A stretch of DNA of 64,000 nt. It comes from the human T2T-CHM13v2.0 reference genome, Homo sapiens. The notes beneath the pieces were generated by a model, which was given only the letters and a program-made list of their open reading frames with translations, was not told the DNA's origin and did no database searches. The position numbers were made by a program, and so were the translations under genes. Location: contig CP068257.2 in assembly GCA_009914755.4 (NCBI GenBank), forward strand, positions 29,632,001 through 29,696,000, given 5' to 3'. Positions 47,404 through 64,000 of this stretch are shown here, piece by piece (position 1 is the first letter of the stretch; the number at the start of each line of letters is the position of its first letter).

Positions 47404-47948
47404 TGTGATAGTTAATACTGAGTGTCAACTTGATTGGATTGAGGGATGCAAAATATTGTTCTGGGTGCGTCTGTGAGGGTGTTGCCAAAGGAGATTAACA
47501 TTTGAGTCAGTGGACTGGGAGAGGCAGACCCACCCTCAATCTGGGTGGGCATCATCTAATCAGCTGCCAGCACGGCCAGAATAAAAGCAGGCAGAAGAAC
47601 ATGGAGGGGACTAGACTGGCTAAGTCTTCTGGCCTCCATCTTTCTCCCATGCTGGATGCTTCCTGCCCTTGAACATCAGACTCCAAGTTCCTCAGCTTTT
47701 GGACTCTTGGACTTACACCAGTGATTTGCCAGGGGCTCTTGGGCCTTCGGCCACAGACTGAAGGATGCACTGTTGGCTTCCCTGCTTTTGAGGCTTGGGG
47801 ACTCGAACTGGCTTCCTGGCTCCTCAGCTTGCAGAAAGCCTGTTGAGGGACTTCACCTTGTGACAGTGTGAGTCAATTCTCCCAATAAACTCCCCTTCAT
47901 ATATACATCTATTCTATTATTTCTGTCCCTCTAGAGAACCCTAATATA
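47404..47948 (+). mobile_element. ERVL/MaLR-class solo LTR (MLT-like), about 545 bp
   Basis: tgtgatagttaatactgagtgtcaacttgattggattgagggatgcaaaatattgttctgggtgcgtctgtgagggtgttgccaaaggagattaacatttgagtcagtggactgggagaggcagacccaccctcaatctgggtgggcatcatctaatcagctgccag...ccaataaactccccttcatatatacatctattctattatttctgtccctctagagaaccctaat is a high-copy LTR consensus I recognise. Subfamily uncertain. Confidence 0.6.
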
Positions 47949-49261
47949 AGGGAGTTAACCACATTAAACATCAGTTTTTCATCCATATATGAGGTTCCTA
48001 ATAATGACCCCCTCCCAGGTGAGCCATGAGAGTTAAGCACATAATACTGGTCTTGGAAGGGAAACAATATAACAGGTGAGTTAGCGTCATTAGTATACGC
48101 AGCATGTAGTGGCAGATCCCTTACAGATCATGGGAACATGAGGAATAATGAGATTTCAGGAGTTCTAAAAAAGACCCTCCTTGTTCACAAAACACTTTCC
48201 CTAACCAAAAATTTCACTGTTTGATTTTTAAATTATTTCTCTTCTTAAGAAACATACATACACCCAAAAGGAAAAAAATCTGAGCCTTATCCGTATGAAG
48301 GTGTTTTCACTGAATCCATCCATAATAATAGGGTCACTTTACAATGAGCAAACTGAGGCTTGGAGAGGTCAACTATATGGCCCAAGTTCTCGAAAGTAGC
48401 TGAGTAGAAATTCCAACGCAGGTCCACTTGCTCTTAAGTTCATGCTCCTTTCCCGGAGGATTCTGCTAGATACAGTAACTGCATTCTCCCTAAGGGAAGG
48501 TTTTTATAGCCAGACAGAATGACGGGAAGAAAAGAAAAAAGAATATGAAAATAGGAAAAAAGGCGAATGAAAGAGGTTAGGTTATGATACAGAAATGTGT
48601 GCCAGGGGGCATCCTTTTAACAAAGGTCAAGCCCTCTGAGACATAGCTCAGCAATCTTCTCCAGCCCACATCACACACAACCCTTAAATTACGGCAGCTA
48701 CTCACCTGCCTGGTGCAAAAAGAATGTTTCTGTGCATAGTGTGTCCAATATATTATTTAATAAGATACGACAAGCCCAAACATTCTTCTTGCAAATTGTT
48801 CAGAGTGGTGCAGAAGCCAAGTTTTCATGCGTAATTTTCTTTTCTAAGAATGTGAATACATTTATTTGCAGCAGACATTTGCTTTTAGTATACTTAATAA
48901 TCCTGGAAATTCAGTATGTTTCTTTCCTTAAAAATCAACATGATACCTACAAAAAGTACTTCCGGAGGGGGATGGGGGTGAGGAGGAGTACACCAGGAAA
49001 ATTGTTTAGCTCTTTGTGTGTTTTTTTTCCACTACATTTACTTTAATAACAAATCCTTGCAGTTGAGTTTCAATGTTATTCTGAGTCTTCTGGGAGGCTC
49101 CCATCTGGGTTCCAAATAATCACCATTTGCAACATTTGTAGGTGAACAGACTGTTGGTTCACAATATAGAGAAAAGAAAGATTGTTCTTTTAATGTCATT
49201 CATGATATGTGGGGGCAAAATAATTTATTAAAAAATTCAGGAGTTCAATAGAGCACACTTT

Positions 49262-49549
<288 letters not shown>

Positions 49550-50766
49550 GCACACTTTTTTAAAAAAGATTAAACAGATGCTTTTGAAACAAGGCCAGAG
49601 TGCCCATTCACTTAGTTAATGCAGTCAGAATGGACAACTTAACAGATTCTCAGAAATCCTAATGGGAGTGTAAGATGTGATTCCTGCATGGTAGACAAAC
49701 AGTACAACTGCTACTAAGAAGAACAATGTTTATGGAAGAATTACGCTATGAATTTTACATATAAAAGCTCATTCAGTCTTCCCAACAATCCAGAGAGAAA
49801 AATATCATTATTATCAGGACCATTTCTCACTTACAAATGAGAAAAGTGAGGCCAAGGAGGAGAAGTCTCCCACATGAAATGGTTAACTAGTGGCCAATCA
49901 CACTGACCCTTGGCAAGGATATATTTTTTTTAAGTTTTACTATCACAGAAAATCAGAACATTCAGCAGATTTAAGCTCACTGATATTAGAGGTATCCTGA
50001 GAATAACTGTGGATAAATGATGATTGGCAGTAGGATATATTATATAAAATGTTAGTAAGCCCACTAAACTCTTTGACCCTACCTATGAAGAAGAAAAAGG
50101 GCCAACATAGTCAAAGCATTTAATGAAAAGAAAGCAAATATTTCTTTAAATTGCTCCCACTGCCCTAAATATATAGTAAAACAAGCTGCACATACATCAG
50201 TTTTTCTTAAACAGGGACCCATATTTTTATTTCTCAACCCCAGTACACACACATAATAGCTTGGTTTACTTTTTATCCTATTCCAATATATTTTTTTAGA
50301 AATATTGGCTGCAAACCACTAAAATTATTTTATAAACTCCCAAAAGGTTTCAACCCTCAGTTGAAAAGCGCTACCCAGACGGAAATTACAATTTTGCACA
50401 CGGAGCTATTTGTATTTTTAAAACGTGCATGCTTGTAAAGGGTAGGGGTCACACAGACTTGCTAATTTCAGCGCTTCTGCATAGGCCCTGGGAATGGACC
50501 CAGGACAAGGATGCTTAGCACACGATCCCTGGAGGACTTTCAAAGGTATCTGAACCTTCTGGAATTGAGTGTAAAAATTATGTGCAGGGACGTACCTGCA
50601 TTTGTATAAAGAGCAGTTCCATGGCTTCTACCAGCTTTATAAAGGTGGGGTCCATCCAAGTTTCACGTATTTATTTATTTAACTACTTTAATTTTTTGGT
50701 GAGAGTCGCCAAACCTCGCACCAAAACCACATTTTGGTTAAATATAAATAAAATCAACATGCAATG

Positions 50767-51707
<941 letters not shown>

Positions 51708-52847
51708 TCACAAAAATACGGCCGACTGTCAATAACCTTCACTCATTTCTTCTACATATTGAGTGCCTACCAAGGGTGATCCACTGTATTAAGATTCTGG
51801 GTTAAACTGGAAAAGGAGGAAGTTAAATGAGAGGTACCCTGATGTCCTCTGCAGTGTTCTAGTATAATTACACTACAATTCTGAAATCCACAAAATTGAA
51901 GATTGTCACCTAGCTGTTTCCTGCCTCCCACAGAGAAGCTGCCAGAATGCTCTGAAAGAGGATGAGTTTAAACCAAAAATCGTATCGTTTTATCACTGCT
52001 TGTTCCCAATTAACAGCCAAAATATTTCAAGGAAAGGTTTATACCGATTGAGACAATGGTGACATGTAGCCACCCTCAGATGAAAAGGCATGAGCATTTT
52101 TCATAAAGGAGAGTATTTTGTGAGGGCTAAATCAAAAACTGCATTCCCACTTGAAAGACCATTAAAACACTAACAGTGCATTCTTCTCCTCACCCTATGG
52201 CTGGGAAACAATAAGCTCTGTCGCTAAGAAGTAATCAGGACTGTGTGGTTTGACCCTTATCGGATCTAAGGTGTTCTGAGCCAAGATAGGATTGTGTGAT
52301 GGGCATGCCTATGCCTCTTGTTTCCTTCCACATCAAGGATTCGCAACTACAGCAAACTTCCTGGCCTCTCTGAGCCCTCAGGATGGCTCTGGGAAGGTGA
52401 GTCATTGATGTCAACAGAGGAGAGAGTTTGGGAGAATGACCCACACATGCCTAGATAAAACCCTTCTATTTCACTTGCTTAGGAATCCAGGCCTCTGGGG
52501 AAGTCAAGGTTGGACCACCGTGGATCGTGAGGTAACTGGAAAGATCCTGCCCCCCAGGGAGGGAGGCCTGTTATCCAGTGCCAGGTCTGCCTAGGTGGGT
52601 AAGTCTACCTAACTCAAATGGCCAGGGATGTCCAGGAAACCTACGTTGCTGTACCTCTGAGTCACAACCTCAAATCCTATATTTACCGATAATAAAGCTG
52701 AGCTTTTGGTCTCCACTTGCTGAACCCTTTGTTTGTCTCAGTTGGTCCAGAAATTAAGCAGGAAAAAGAGCTTCTCAAATCCCCGTAAGCTCTGTCCTCT
52801 CCATCTTCTCAATTTCAAGTGGATTGACGACACTTAAAACACTGCTT

Positions 52848-53160
52848 GGCCGGGCATGGTGGCTCAAGCCTGTACTCCCAGCACTTTGGGAGGCCGAAGA
52901 GGGTGGATCACCTGAGGTCAGGAGTTTGAGACCAGCCTGACCAACATGGAAAAACACCGTCTCTACTAAAAATACAAAATTAGCCGGGCGTGGTGGCACA
53001 TGCTTGTCATCCCAGCTACGCGGGAGGCTGAGGAGGAGAATTGCTTGAACTCGGGAGGCGGAGGTTGTGGTGAGCCAAGATCGCGCCATTGTACTCCAGC
53101 CTGGGTAACAAGAGTGAAACTCCATCTCAAAAAAACAAAAAACAAAAACCAAACAAACAT
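52848..53160 (+). mobile_element. Alu (first of two at the same target site), TSD aaaacactgctt
   Basis: ggccgggcatggtggctcaagcctgtactcccagcactttgggaggccgaagagggtggatcacc...gagtgaaactccatctcaaaaaaacaaaaaacaaaaaccaaacaaacat. TSD cacttaaaacactgctt at 52831-52847 and aaaacactgctt at 53161-53172. Confidence 0.9.
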
Positions 53161-53172
53161 AAAACACTGCTT

Positions 53173-53492
53173 GGTCGGGCACGGCGGCTCACGCCTGTAA
53201 TCCCAGCACTTTGGGAGGCCGAAGTGGGTGGATGACCTGAGGTCAAGAGTTTGAGACTACCCTGGCCAACACAGTGAAACCCAGTCTCTACTATAAACAC
53301 GAAAATCAGCCAGGCATGGCAGCACGCACTTATAGTCCCAGCTACTTGGGAAGCTGAGGCAGAAGAATCCCTAGAACCCAGGAGGCAGAGGGTGTAGTGA
53401 GCCGACATCACACCACTACATTCCAACCTGGGCAACAGAGTGAGACTCTGCCTCAAAAAAAACCCCAAAAAACAAACAAACAAGAAAAACCC
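53173..53492 (+). mobile_element. Alu (second, directly downstream), TSD cactgctt
   Basis: ggtcgggcacggcggctcacgcctgtaatcccagcactttgggaggccgaagtgggtggatgacc...cagagtgagactctgcctcaaaaaaaaccccaaaaaacaaacaaacaagaaaaacc followed by ccaccactgcttaactc. Confidence 0.9.
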
Positions 53493-53779
53493 CACCACTG
53501 CTTAACTCATCTGTGACTTTCCAATTTTAGGACAAAAGTACATGTGCCTACTTGATGAGACAACTATAGGTCTTATTCATATTCTCAGGCAGCCCCAACA
53601 CAGCAGAGAAGTTCCTAGAAATCAAAACATAACTAATGACCCAGCTCAACAGGATTTCAAAATGAAGATATTTTTCTTTAGGTTACTGCACAATCACAGA
53701 GTAACAGCAGCTTTGCAGAGTGAGTTAAACAGTAATTTGGGTACAGCTCCCAGGTCTTTGCAGAAAGAGGATCAAATTC

Positions 53780-54079
<300 letters not shown>

Positions 54080-54555
54080 ACAGGATAAAATTCTGTCATT
54101 CAAAGTGAATTTCCAAAATAACAAATATCAAGGGTGAGTGTCCCAAGACATTCCCACAGCCTAATAAAATCCAGGATGAATTATCAACAATTTGGTAGTT
54201 AGTCAAGAGACTCTACTCTGTATATAGAGCATCCAAGAACCCAAAACCTACTGGTTCCTACTTAGATTTTCTATTTATGCATCTGATTAGCAAAATCTGT
54301 CAATTTTATCATGGTAAAGCCAACAAAATTTACTACTTTGGAAATAGTTCTTTTTGGCTTTGAGTCTGGGAGGGGAAAAAATGGAAAGAGTTCTGCATAT
54401 AAATCTTCCTGATGTTATTTTGTCTTTATCTTGATAATGTTACTAGAAAGATAAAATCTGATTCAGCCTGGTTTCTCATTCAGGATGCTTCCTCCATAAC
54501 ACAACATTACAAGATGCCCTTCGAGTTGGTGGTTTTTGTTTTTGTTGTTTTATAC

Positions 54556-54702
54556 AAAGACAGGGTCTCGCTCTGTCCCTCAGGCTGGAGTGCAGTAGCG
54601 CAATCACAGCTCACTGCAACCTCGAACTCCTACACTCCTGAGACCCTCCTGCTCCAGCCTCCCAGCTGGCTACAATTACAGGCCTATACCACCATGCCCA
54701 GC
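54556..54702 (-). mobile_element. Alu right-arm fragment (FRAM/AluJ-like)
   Basis: aaagacagggtctcgctctgtccctcaggctggagtgcagtagcgcaatcacagctcactgcaacctcgaactcctacactcctgagaccctcctgctccagcctcccagctggctacaattacaggcctataccaccatgcccagc. Confidence 0.7.
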
Positions 54703-54944
54703 TAAACCTCTGAGTTTTGAATCAAATTTTTTTGTGTCTCCAGCACATCACAATTGGGCCTCAGTTTCTACTCATTTGGCTTCCCATCATGAAGTACAGC
54801 ATAAAGGTTGCCAGGCCTTTTGTTTCTGGAGCTTTACTTTCTGCTGTGCAACAAGCTAAACACCCAGACAGTGACTAACCAGCCTTGAGAAGGGTGAACT
54901 GATAAAAAAAAAAATACATGTTCCAAAGCTGCTCAACTGGTGTA

Positions 54945-56176
<1,232 letters not shown>

Positions 56177-56358
56177 CCACAACATTACAAAAAATAATGG
56201 CTTTGGTCAATGATGGTTGAGTCTGAGGTCTCCAAGGCAGGAATGAGCCAGAAAATGGCATTCAGGGTATGTGGTATCAGAAGCTTAGGTCAACCCCAGC
56301 TGCACACTGACCAGTGAGCAATGGTAGGTGACTCCCTCTACCTCTCAGAGCCTCGCTA

Positions 56359-56867
<509 letters not shown>

Positions 56868-56961
56868 CTATGTGCTCAGTGCAGGGACTGGCCGAAGAAG
56901 CCATTCAGCATCGGCAGGCCTGCACCTCTGCCTCGGACTCAGGCTCCTCCACATAATCTGA

Positions 56962-57372
<411 letters not shown>

Positions 57373-57453
57373 TAAAAATTGCTCCTTATAACATAAGAAG
57401 CCAAACTGATTGAAACTTTAACCCTTCTTGACAGCCTTCAAAAACCATCTCAG

Positions 57454-57742
57454 GCCGGGCACGGTGGCTCACACCTGTAATCCCAGCACTTTGGGAGGTG
57501 GACAGATCACCTGAGGTCAGGAGTTCAAGACCAGCCTGGCCAAAATGGTGAAACCCCATCTCTACTAAAAATACAAAAATTAGCCAGGTACGGTGGTGGG
57601 CACCTGTAATCCCAGCTACTCGGGAGGCTGAGGCACAAGAATCACTTGAACTTGGGAGGCAGAAGTGGCAGTGAGCCAAGATCGTGCCACCTGCATGAGA
57701 CTCCATATCAAAACAAACAAACAAACAAAAAAACAAAAAAAC
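57454..57742 (+). mobile_element. Alu (inverted relative to the Alu 127 bp upstream), 3' end partly deleted, (CAAA)n tail; TSD aaaacca(t/a)ctcag
   Basis: ggccgggcacggtggctcacacctgtaatcccagcactttgggaggtggacagatcacctgagg...cagtgagccaagatcgtgccacctgcatgagactccatatcaaaacaaacaaacaaacaaaaaaacaaaaaaacc. Confidence 0.9.
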
Positions 57743-58387
57743 CAACTCAGCAGAGAAAGAAATAAAAATCTAGAAAGAAATCATCTAAATAGGAATAGTG
57801 AATACCTTTGATAGTTTTGATTGCCATCTTTTTGCTTAGCCATATATTCTAGTGTTCCTATAATGAATATGCATGATTATCTAAGAATATCATATGCAAA
57901 AAGGAAAGAAAATACTAGCTTGGAGTCCAGCTTCTCCCAAGTCTCCTTGCTCCTTCTTCTCCTCCTGGACCACAGTCTTCCCTCTCACTCTGTGTGTTGC
58001 ATCTGCCTCATAATGATGGGGAGGACAATTCTAGCTCGTATTCACAAAGGTGTACCTGTGGAGAGCACTCCTCTAAGTCATGACACACGTAAATTCATGT
58101 CCTACTCACGATACCTCTATGGGTGGGGGGGGGTGCCATCATCTGCCATCTTATAGGGGAAGGAACTGAAGCCTGGAGAATGACAGCAACTTGCCCCCTG
58201 GGCACCCTGCTCGCCTGTGACAGCCCTGGCTTCAAACCCACACTGAATCCTGAACCCAGTCTCTTGGCCTCAACAACCTGGCCCCTCCTGTGGGTGTTTC
58301 TACTTTTGCCACTGCCTGTCTCTGTGTCACGATGCATTGACTTTTCTGTCACCTCCGCCACACTGTGAAGCAGGGGCTGTGGCCCTA

Positions 58388-58520
58388 CCCGAAACAGCTA
58401 ACCCACAGTCTGTCCACTGAATTGAGTTATGGCTGAATATTAGGTCCCAAACGCAATGACATTTTAAACCTATCTACACATGCAATTGTATTTCTATTTC
58501 CACAAGGGGGTCAAGCAACC
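58388..58520 (+). repeat. left arm of a ~130-bp inverted repeat (partner at 59800-59930)
   Basis: cccacagtctgtccactgaattgagttatggctgaatattaggtcccaaacgcaatgacattttaaacc...aagggggtcaagcaaccactgg versus the reverse complement of the partner ccacccacagtctgtccactgaattgagttattgttgaatgttgggtcccaaacgcaatgaattaaactttt...aagggggtcaagcggccattactg. Confidence 0.7.
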
Positions 58521-58683
58521 ACTGGTCACTTCAGCCAGGCGGGGCCCACTTCATGGTTTTCCCACAGAACTCCCGCAGGTGAGACAAAGCGCCCCTCAGG
58601 GAACTCGGTTCCTTGGTGGAGTCCATGGTAGAACGCTGTAGGTGCACTTCAGGGCTCCACAGCCAAAGTAAAGAAAGATGAGA

Positions 58684-59083
<400 letters not shown>

Positions 59084-59099
59084 TTAGAGACATCAGTGG

Positions 59100-59700
<601 letters not shown>

Positions 59701-59799
59701 TCAGTGACTTCCTGGAATTAGCAAGAAAAGGGAAGAATTGGTGGAGCACAGAGGATTTTAGGGCAGTGAAACTATTCTGAATGATACTGTAATGGTGGG

Positions 59800-59930
59800 T
59801 ACAGTAATGGCCGCTTGACCCCCTTAAAAACAGAACAATGACTGCGTGCGTGGAAAAGTTTAATTCATTGCGTTTGGGACCCAACATTCAACAATAACTC
59901 AATTCAGTGGACAGACTGTGGGTGGATACT
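59800..59930 (-). repeat. right arm of the inverted repeat (partner of 58388-58520)
   Basis: See 58388-58520. Plus strand reads gaccccc ttaaaaacagaacaatgactgcgtgcgtggaaaagtttaattcattgcgtttgggacccaacattcaacaataactcaattcagtggacagactgtgggtgg. Confidence 0.7.
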
Positions 59931-59935
59931 GTAAA

Positions 59936-60039
59936 GGAGAATCACTTGAACCTGGGAGGCGGAGGTTGCAGTGAGCTTAGATGGCACCACTGCACTCCAG
60001 CCTGGGCGACGGAGAGAAACTCTGTCTCAAAAAAAAAAT
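59936..60039 (+). mobile_element. 5'-truncated Alu 3' end (about 100 bp) with poly-A
   Basis: ggagaatcacttgaacctgggaggcggaggttgcagtgagcttagatggcaccactgcactccagcctgggcgacggagagaaactctgtctcaaaaaaaaaa. Confidence 0.85.
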
Positions 60040-60673
60040 TTTATTTGGTGCCTGCTTATGGGCAGAGGGATGCTGTCCATGATGGTGATAACAACAGTAA
60101 TAGTAATTGACACTTGTAGAGGACCTACTGTAAGTCAGACGCTGAAGAAGTTTCTTAATTTTCTGACAATTCTATCAGGAAAGTACTTGTCCCCATTTAT
60201 AAATGAAGAATCCAAAGCACAGAGAACTCAGGCAACTTATCCAAGGCCACACAGCCTGTAAGTGATGGAGCTAGTGATTTTTATTCCCACAGTGCTGCTC
60301 TCAGCCATCTTTTCTGCCTGTAACCTTTCAGACAGCTGCCTCTAGCCTACCTCTGAATTCTAGGATTCCATCCACAGGGCCCCTAACATTGCCAAAAGCA
60401 AAGAGATTAACTGCCCAACTAGAATATGTGACATTCAGGCTGGAGACAAAGATTTTGGCTTGATTTGGTTTCCAAACAACAAAATCATTTCTTTAAGTAT
60501 TTCAAAAATGTTTAAGAAATCTTTTGGTAATGTTTCCCTGTACTGCCCCCAAAGTACAGGGAAATGGTGAATACCTACTCCATACCAGCATCCCTCAGTA
60601 GGACCACAAGGGTAAACAATGAGTACACCAACACTGTAATAACCAAAGGAAAGAACAGAAGTATTTTTTTACA

Positions 60674-60977
60674 GGCCAGGCACGGTGGCTCACACCTGTA
60701 ATCCCAGCACTTTGGGAGGCCGAGGCAGGCAGATCACTTGAGCCCAGGAGTTCGAGACCAGCCTGGACAACATGGCAAGACCCCATCTCTACAAAAAAAA
60801 AATACAAAAATTAGCCAGGAATGGTGGTGTGCAGCCGTAGTCCCACCTACTCAGGAGGCAGAGGTAGGAAGACCACTTGAGCCTAGGAGGTGGAGGTGCG
60901 GTAAGCTGTGATCAATCATGCCACTGCACTCTAGCCTGGGTGACAGAGGGAGGCCCTGTCTCAAAAAAAAAAAAAAA
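60674..60977 (+). mobile_element. Alu (S-like), 16-nt poly-A
   Basis: ggccaggcacggtggctcacacctgtaatcccagcactttgggaggccgaggcaggcagatcacttgagcccaggagttcgagaccagcctggacaacatggcaagaccccatctctac...gacagagggaggccctgtctcaaaaaaaaaaaaaaa. Confidence 0.9.
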
Positions 60978-61045
60978 TTAGTTTTTAGTTTCATACTACT
61001 AGAGAAGAATCATGGAAAGATACATTCTCATAGAGTATGTTTTTA

Positions 61046-61378
<333 letters not shown>

Positions 61379-63033
61379 TCATCTAAAATAACATAAATAT
61401 TCATCATGTATCTGGGGAAATATAGATACATTTCTACCTTTTAAGTCAAAAAGCTGGAAAGAAACCAGCCATCAGTGAGTTAAGAGGTGTCACACGGAGG
61501 GGGCATTGAAGAACCCACACTTTTCAATATTTTTCCCCTTTACTGTTTACTTTCACATGCAACTGCGAATAAAAGCAGTAGATATACTACACACTGGCAT
61601 TTAGAAATTGTTTAAAATGGAGCTAAAGACATTACATTTAAAATTGAAGAAGAGCATCCCTTTGCAAACCAACCGTGTTTCTCACGCCCTCCAGACCCTC
61701 CAGACCCTGCTGAGGCCTCTGCTTTTCCACTGTCAGGCAGAGTCCCCCTGGAGCAAAACTGCTGTGCATCTGAACACCCTGACCCCAGCGAGACCCCAAC
61801 TCCCCTCCCGCAGGTGAGCCACTGAATTCCTCACCTATTAATGACATGTCCTGATTTTGTTTGGTTTTGTTCTGTTCCATTTTTCTTATAGAATGCCCCA
61901 TTCTCTAGGAATGGAGTTGAGCAGCTGCCACTCTGTCCTCTGATCAAAGTTATGGTCCTCTCCTGTCTTCCTGTTGTCCCAGCTCACCTGAGAGACTTTC
62001 TGGGAAGAGACTCTTAGAGGGAAGGGGAGTACTATGGCATTCATGGAGAATCCCCAGTGACCAGCTTGGAAGGCAGCTGAAATTTTCAAAGGAACTTCCT
62101 GCCTATCTGTATCCCAAACTAAAAAGATAGAAAGAAAACCAAACAGCTTTACCAGTTAACAATACCATCCTTCAGTGCACACCATCAGACTCCAAATAAT
62201 CCATATTAAGTGGTAAAAGCCCATGAACTGGAAAGAAAGAAGGCTTCTGCAATGACAACAACAAAAAGATAGGGCAAGTCCCTAGTATCTCAGGGTATTC
62301 CCCACGCCCTGCAGATGTGCGTGATCATACACTTCCCACCAGGTAATACTCGGGAAGTATTTAAGATGCTAGATGAAAGGCATTTGTTACCCAGGGGCAA
62401 TCCCCCTAAGTTTCTTGCAGTGGTGATTAAAGCGATTGCCCTCCATCCCTTCCCTACCTTCCAGTGATGTGAGGTTTAACTAATGTGCACTTGGGGTTTT
62501 AAGATCCCTAGATGAAAAGAGGACCAGATGTGAAAGTTATTATTATTTTGTTCAAAGTAGACGGGTATACTAACATCTGTGGGCAAGTTTACCACACGCC
62601 ACTTAAAACAGGCTAACAGGGTCATATGCCAAAACGTTCAGGTTTGCATTTTTGAAAAGCTCAGAGATCTGACAGATGTGTTCCGGCCGCGATTTAACAT
62701 GCGGCTCCAGTGAGAAGGAAGCAGATATGACAAATGGTTCACTTATTTCAGAACTAAAACCCCAGAGGAGCAGCCTGAGCCAAAAAGGGAAGTGATCAAT
62801 GGAAAAGACGGTCGAATCTGCTCACAGGCAAGGCAAGGGGGCAACACAGAGCATGTGCAGGGAGGAGGAGCTTTCTGTTTGGAAGGTAAATGAAACACTG
62901 GGCTGCAGAGAACCCGAAATTATCTTCAAGCATTTTTTAGCCACGCTTGAACTCATTCTAGAATTCATCAGCTAAGTACCCTTATAGGATAAAAAGTCCC
63001 TTTCTTCATCTTCTATAAAGAAAGAGATCTGTG

Positions 63034-63338
63034 GGCTGGGCGCAGTGGCTCATGCCTGTAATCTCAACACTTTGGGAGGCTGAGGTGGGCAGATCATTTG
63101 AGGTCAGGAGTTCGAGACCAATCTGGCCAACATAGCAAAACCCATCTCTACTAAAAATAGAAAAAATTAGCCTGGTGTGGTGATGCACACCTGTGATCCC
63201 AGCTACTTGGGAGGCTGAGGCATGAGAATCGCTTGAACCCAGGAGAGGCAGAGGTTGCAGTGAGCTGAGATGTGCCACTGCACTCCAGCCTGGGCAACAG
63301 AGTGAAACGCCGCCATCTCAAAAAAAAAAAAAAAAAAA
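63034..63338 (+). mobile_element. Alu (S-like), 19-nt poly-A
   Basis: gggctgggcgcagtggctcatgcctgtaatctcaacactttgggaggctgaggtgggcagatcatttgaggtcaggagttcgagaccaatctggccaacatagcaaaacccatctctactaaaaatagaaaaaattagcctgg...cagagtgaaacgccgccatctcaaaaaaaaaaaaaaaaaaa. Confidence 0.9.
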
Positions 63339-64000
63339 GGAAAGAAAAGAAAACAGAAAAGAAGAAAAAAGATTTGTGCCTAGAGAAATTGCAAAAATAA
63401 AGACCACCCCACCATCACCCTGCACCAGTAGGATCCAGACTGTGTGAGCAATAAGAAAGTCTAATCGATGCCCAAACACAGGCTTACTGAGAACCATGGT
63501 CCACATGAAATGGTGCGTAGTCTCCTCCCAACGCAGCTGTCAGGGAGAACCTATGGACCTAAACCAGATCGTGTCTCCCTAGTCCTATCCACAACCCTCA
63601 AAGGCTTCCCATCTCACCAGCAGTCCCGCAGACCCTGCCCTGACGACCCTCCTCTGTCTTCATCTCCTTGGCTCTCCCACTTTGCTCTTTCCACCCAAAC
63701 TTCCAACATGCCCAGCCCAGCCCTCTGCCCTCTGCCTCGATGCTCCCTCTGTCAGCACAGGGCTCGCTTCCTCAACCCCTTGCCATCTTGGCTCCAATGT
63801 CACCCATGCAGTGGGGCCTTCCTAACTCCCCTATGTTCAAAAGCTCAAACACCCAACACTTCCTTGCTTCAAGGGCCTCCACTGTAACAATCACCTTCCC
63901 ACATGGTACATGTTGTAACTACAGTCGCCATTCCCTATCCACGGGTTCAGTATCCATGGCTTCCATATCTGTGGACTCAACCAACCGTAGATCAAAAATA

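Noticed and set aside
63468-63887. 139-aa plus-strand Pro/Ser-rich ORF at the window edge
   Set aside because: Arises from a C/T-rich low-complexity stretch, with no start-codon context or splice sites. Likely spurious, although the window end prevents seeing any downstream continuation.

Overview
This 64 kb window is primate, almost certainly human, nuclear DNA. It carries about 46 Alu SINE copies or fragments, roughly 20% of the window and far denser in the last 15 kb, several of them near-consensus AluY-like elements with long pure poly-A tails and intact target-site duplications (TSDs). It also contains old L1 fragments, MaLR/ERVL solo LTRs of THE1, MST and MLT types, an LTR12 (HERV9) solo LTR, microsatellites and CpG depletion throughout. 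Prokaryotic feature classes such as CRISPR arrays, operons and rho-independent terminators do not apply. Only one protein-coding feature is supportable. A 963-nt minus-strand exon at 1692..2665 is bounded by a 3' splice acceptor and a consensus donor. It holds an ATG in good Kozak context and encodes 321 codons of a Ser-rich, low-complexity N-terminus beginning MGNAESQ, which fits an N-myristoylation motif. I could not identify the protein from memory and have not guessed a symbol. The remaining ~61 kb is the upstream or intron-1 side of that gene and is dominated by interspersed repeats. Observations worth a second look: a small CpG-retaining patch at about 30.48-30.70 kb with donor-like sites on both strands and a short signal-peptide-like ORF, which may be an unannotated first exon; an LTR12 element, a known cryptic-promoter family, disrupted by a tail-less Alu; two cases of repeated Alu insertion at the same target site and two Alu-in-Alu nestings; a 1.5-unit recombinant Alu in a head-to-tail trimer; an Alu with a 19-bp filler templated from sequence 570 bp upstream; a roughly 130-bp inverted repeat pair flanking 1.2 kb, possibly an old DNA-transposon relic; closely spaced inverted Alu pairs that could form dsRNA hairpins; a 270-bp (GGAT)n-type array; and a CpG-retaining unique block with a tandem GAATTTCC duplication. 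All coordinates were derived by eye from the printed sequence and may be off by a few bases.
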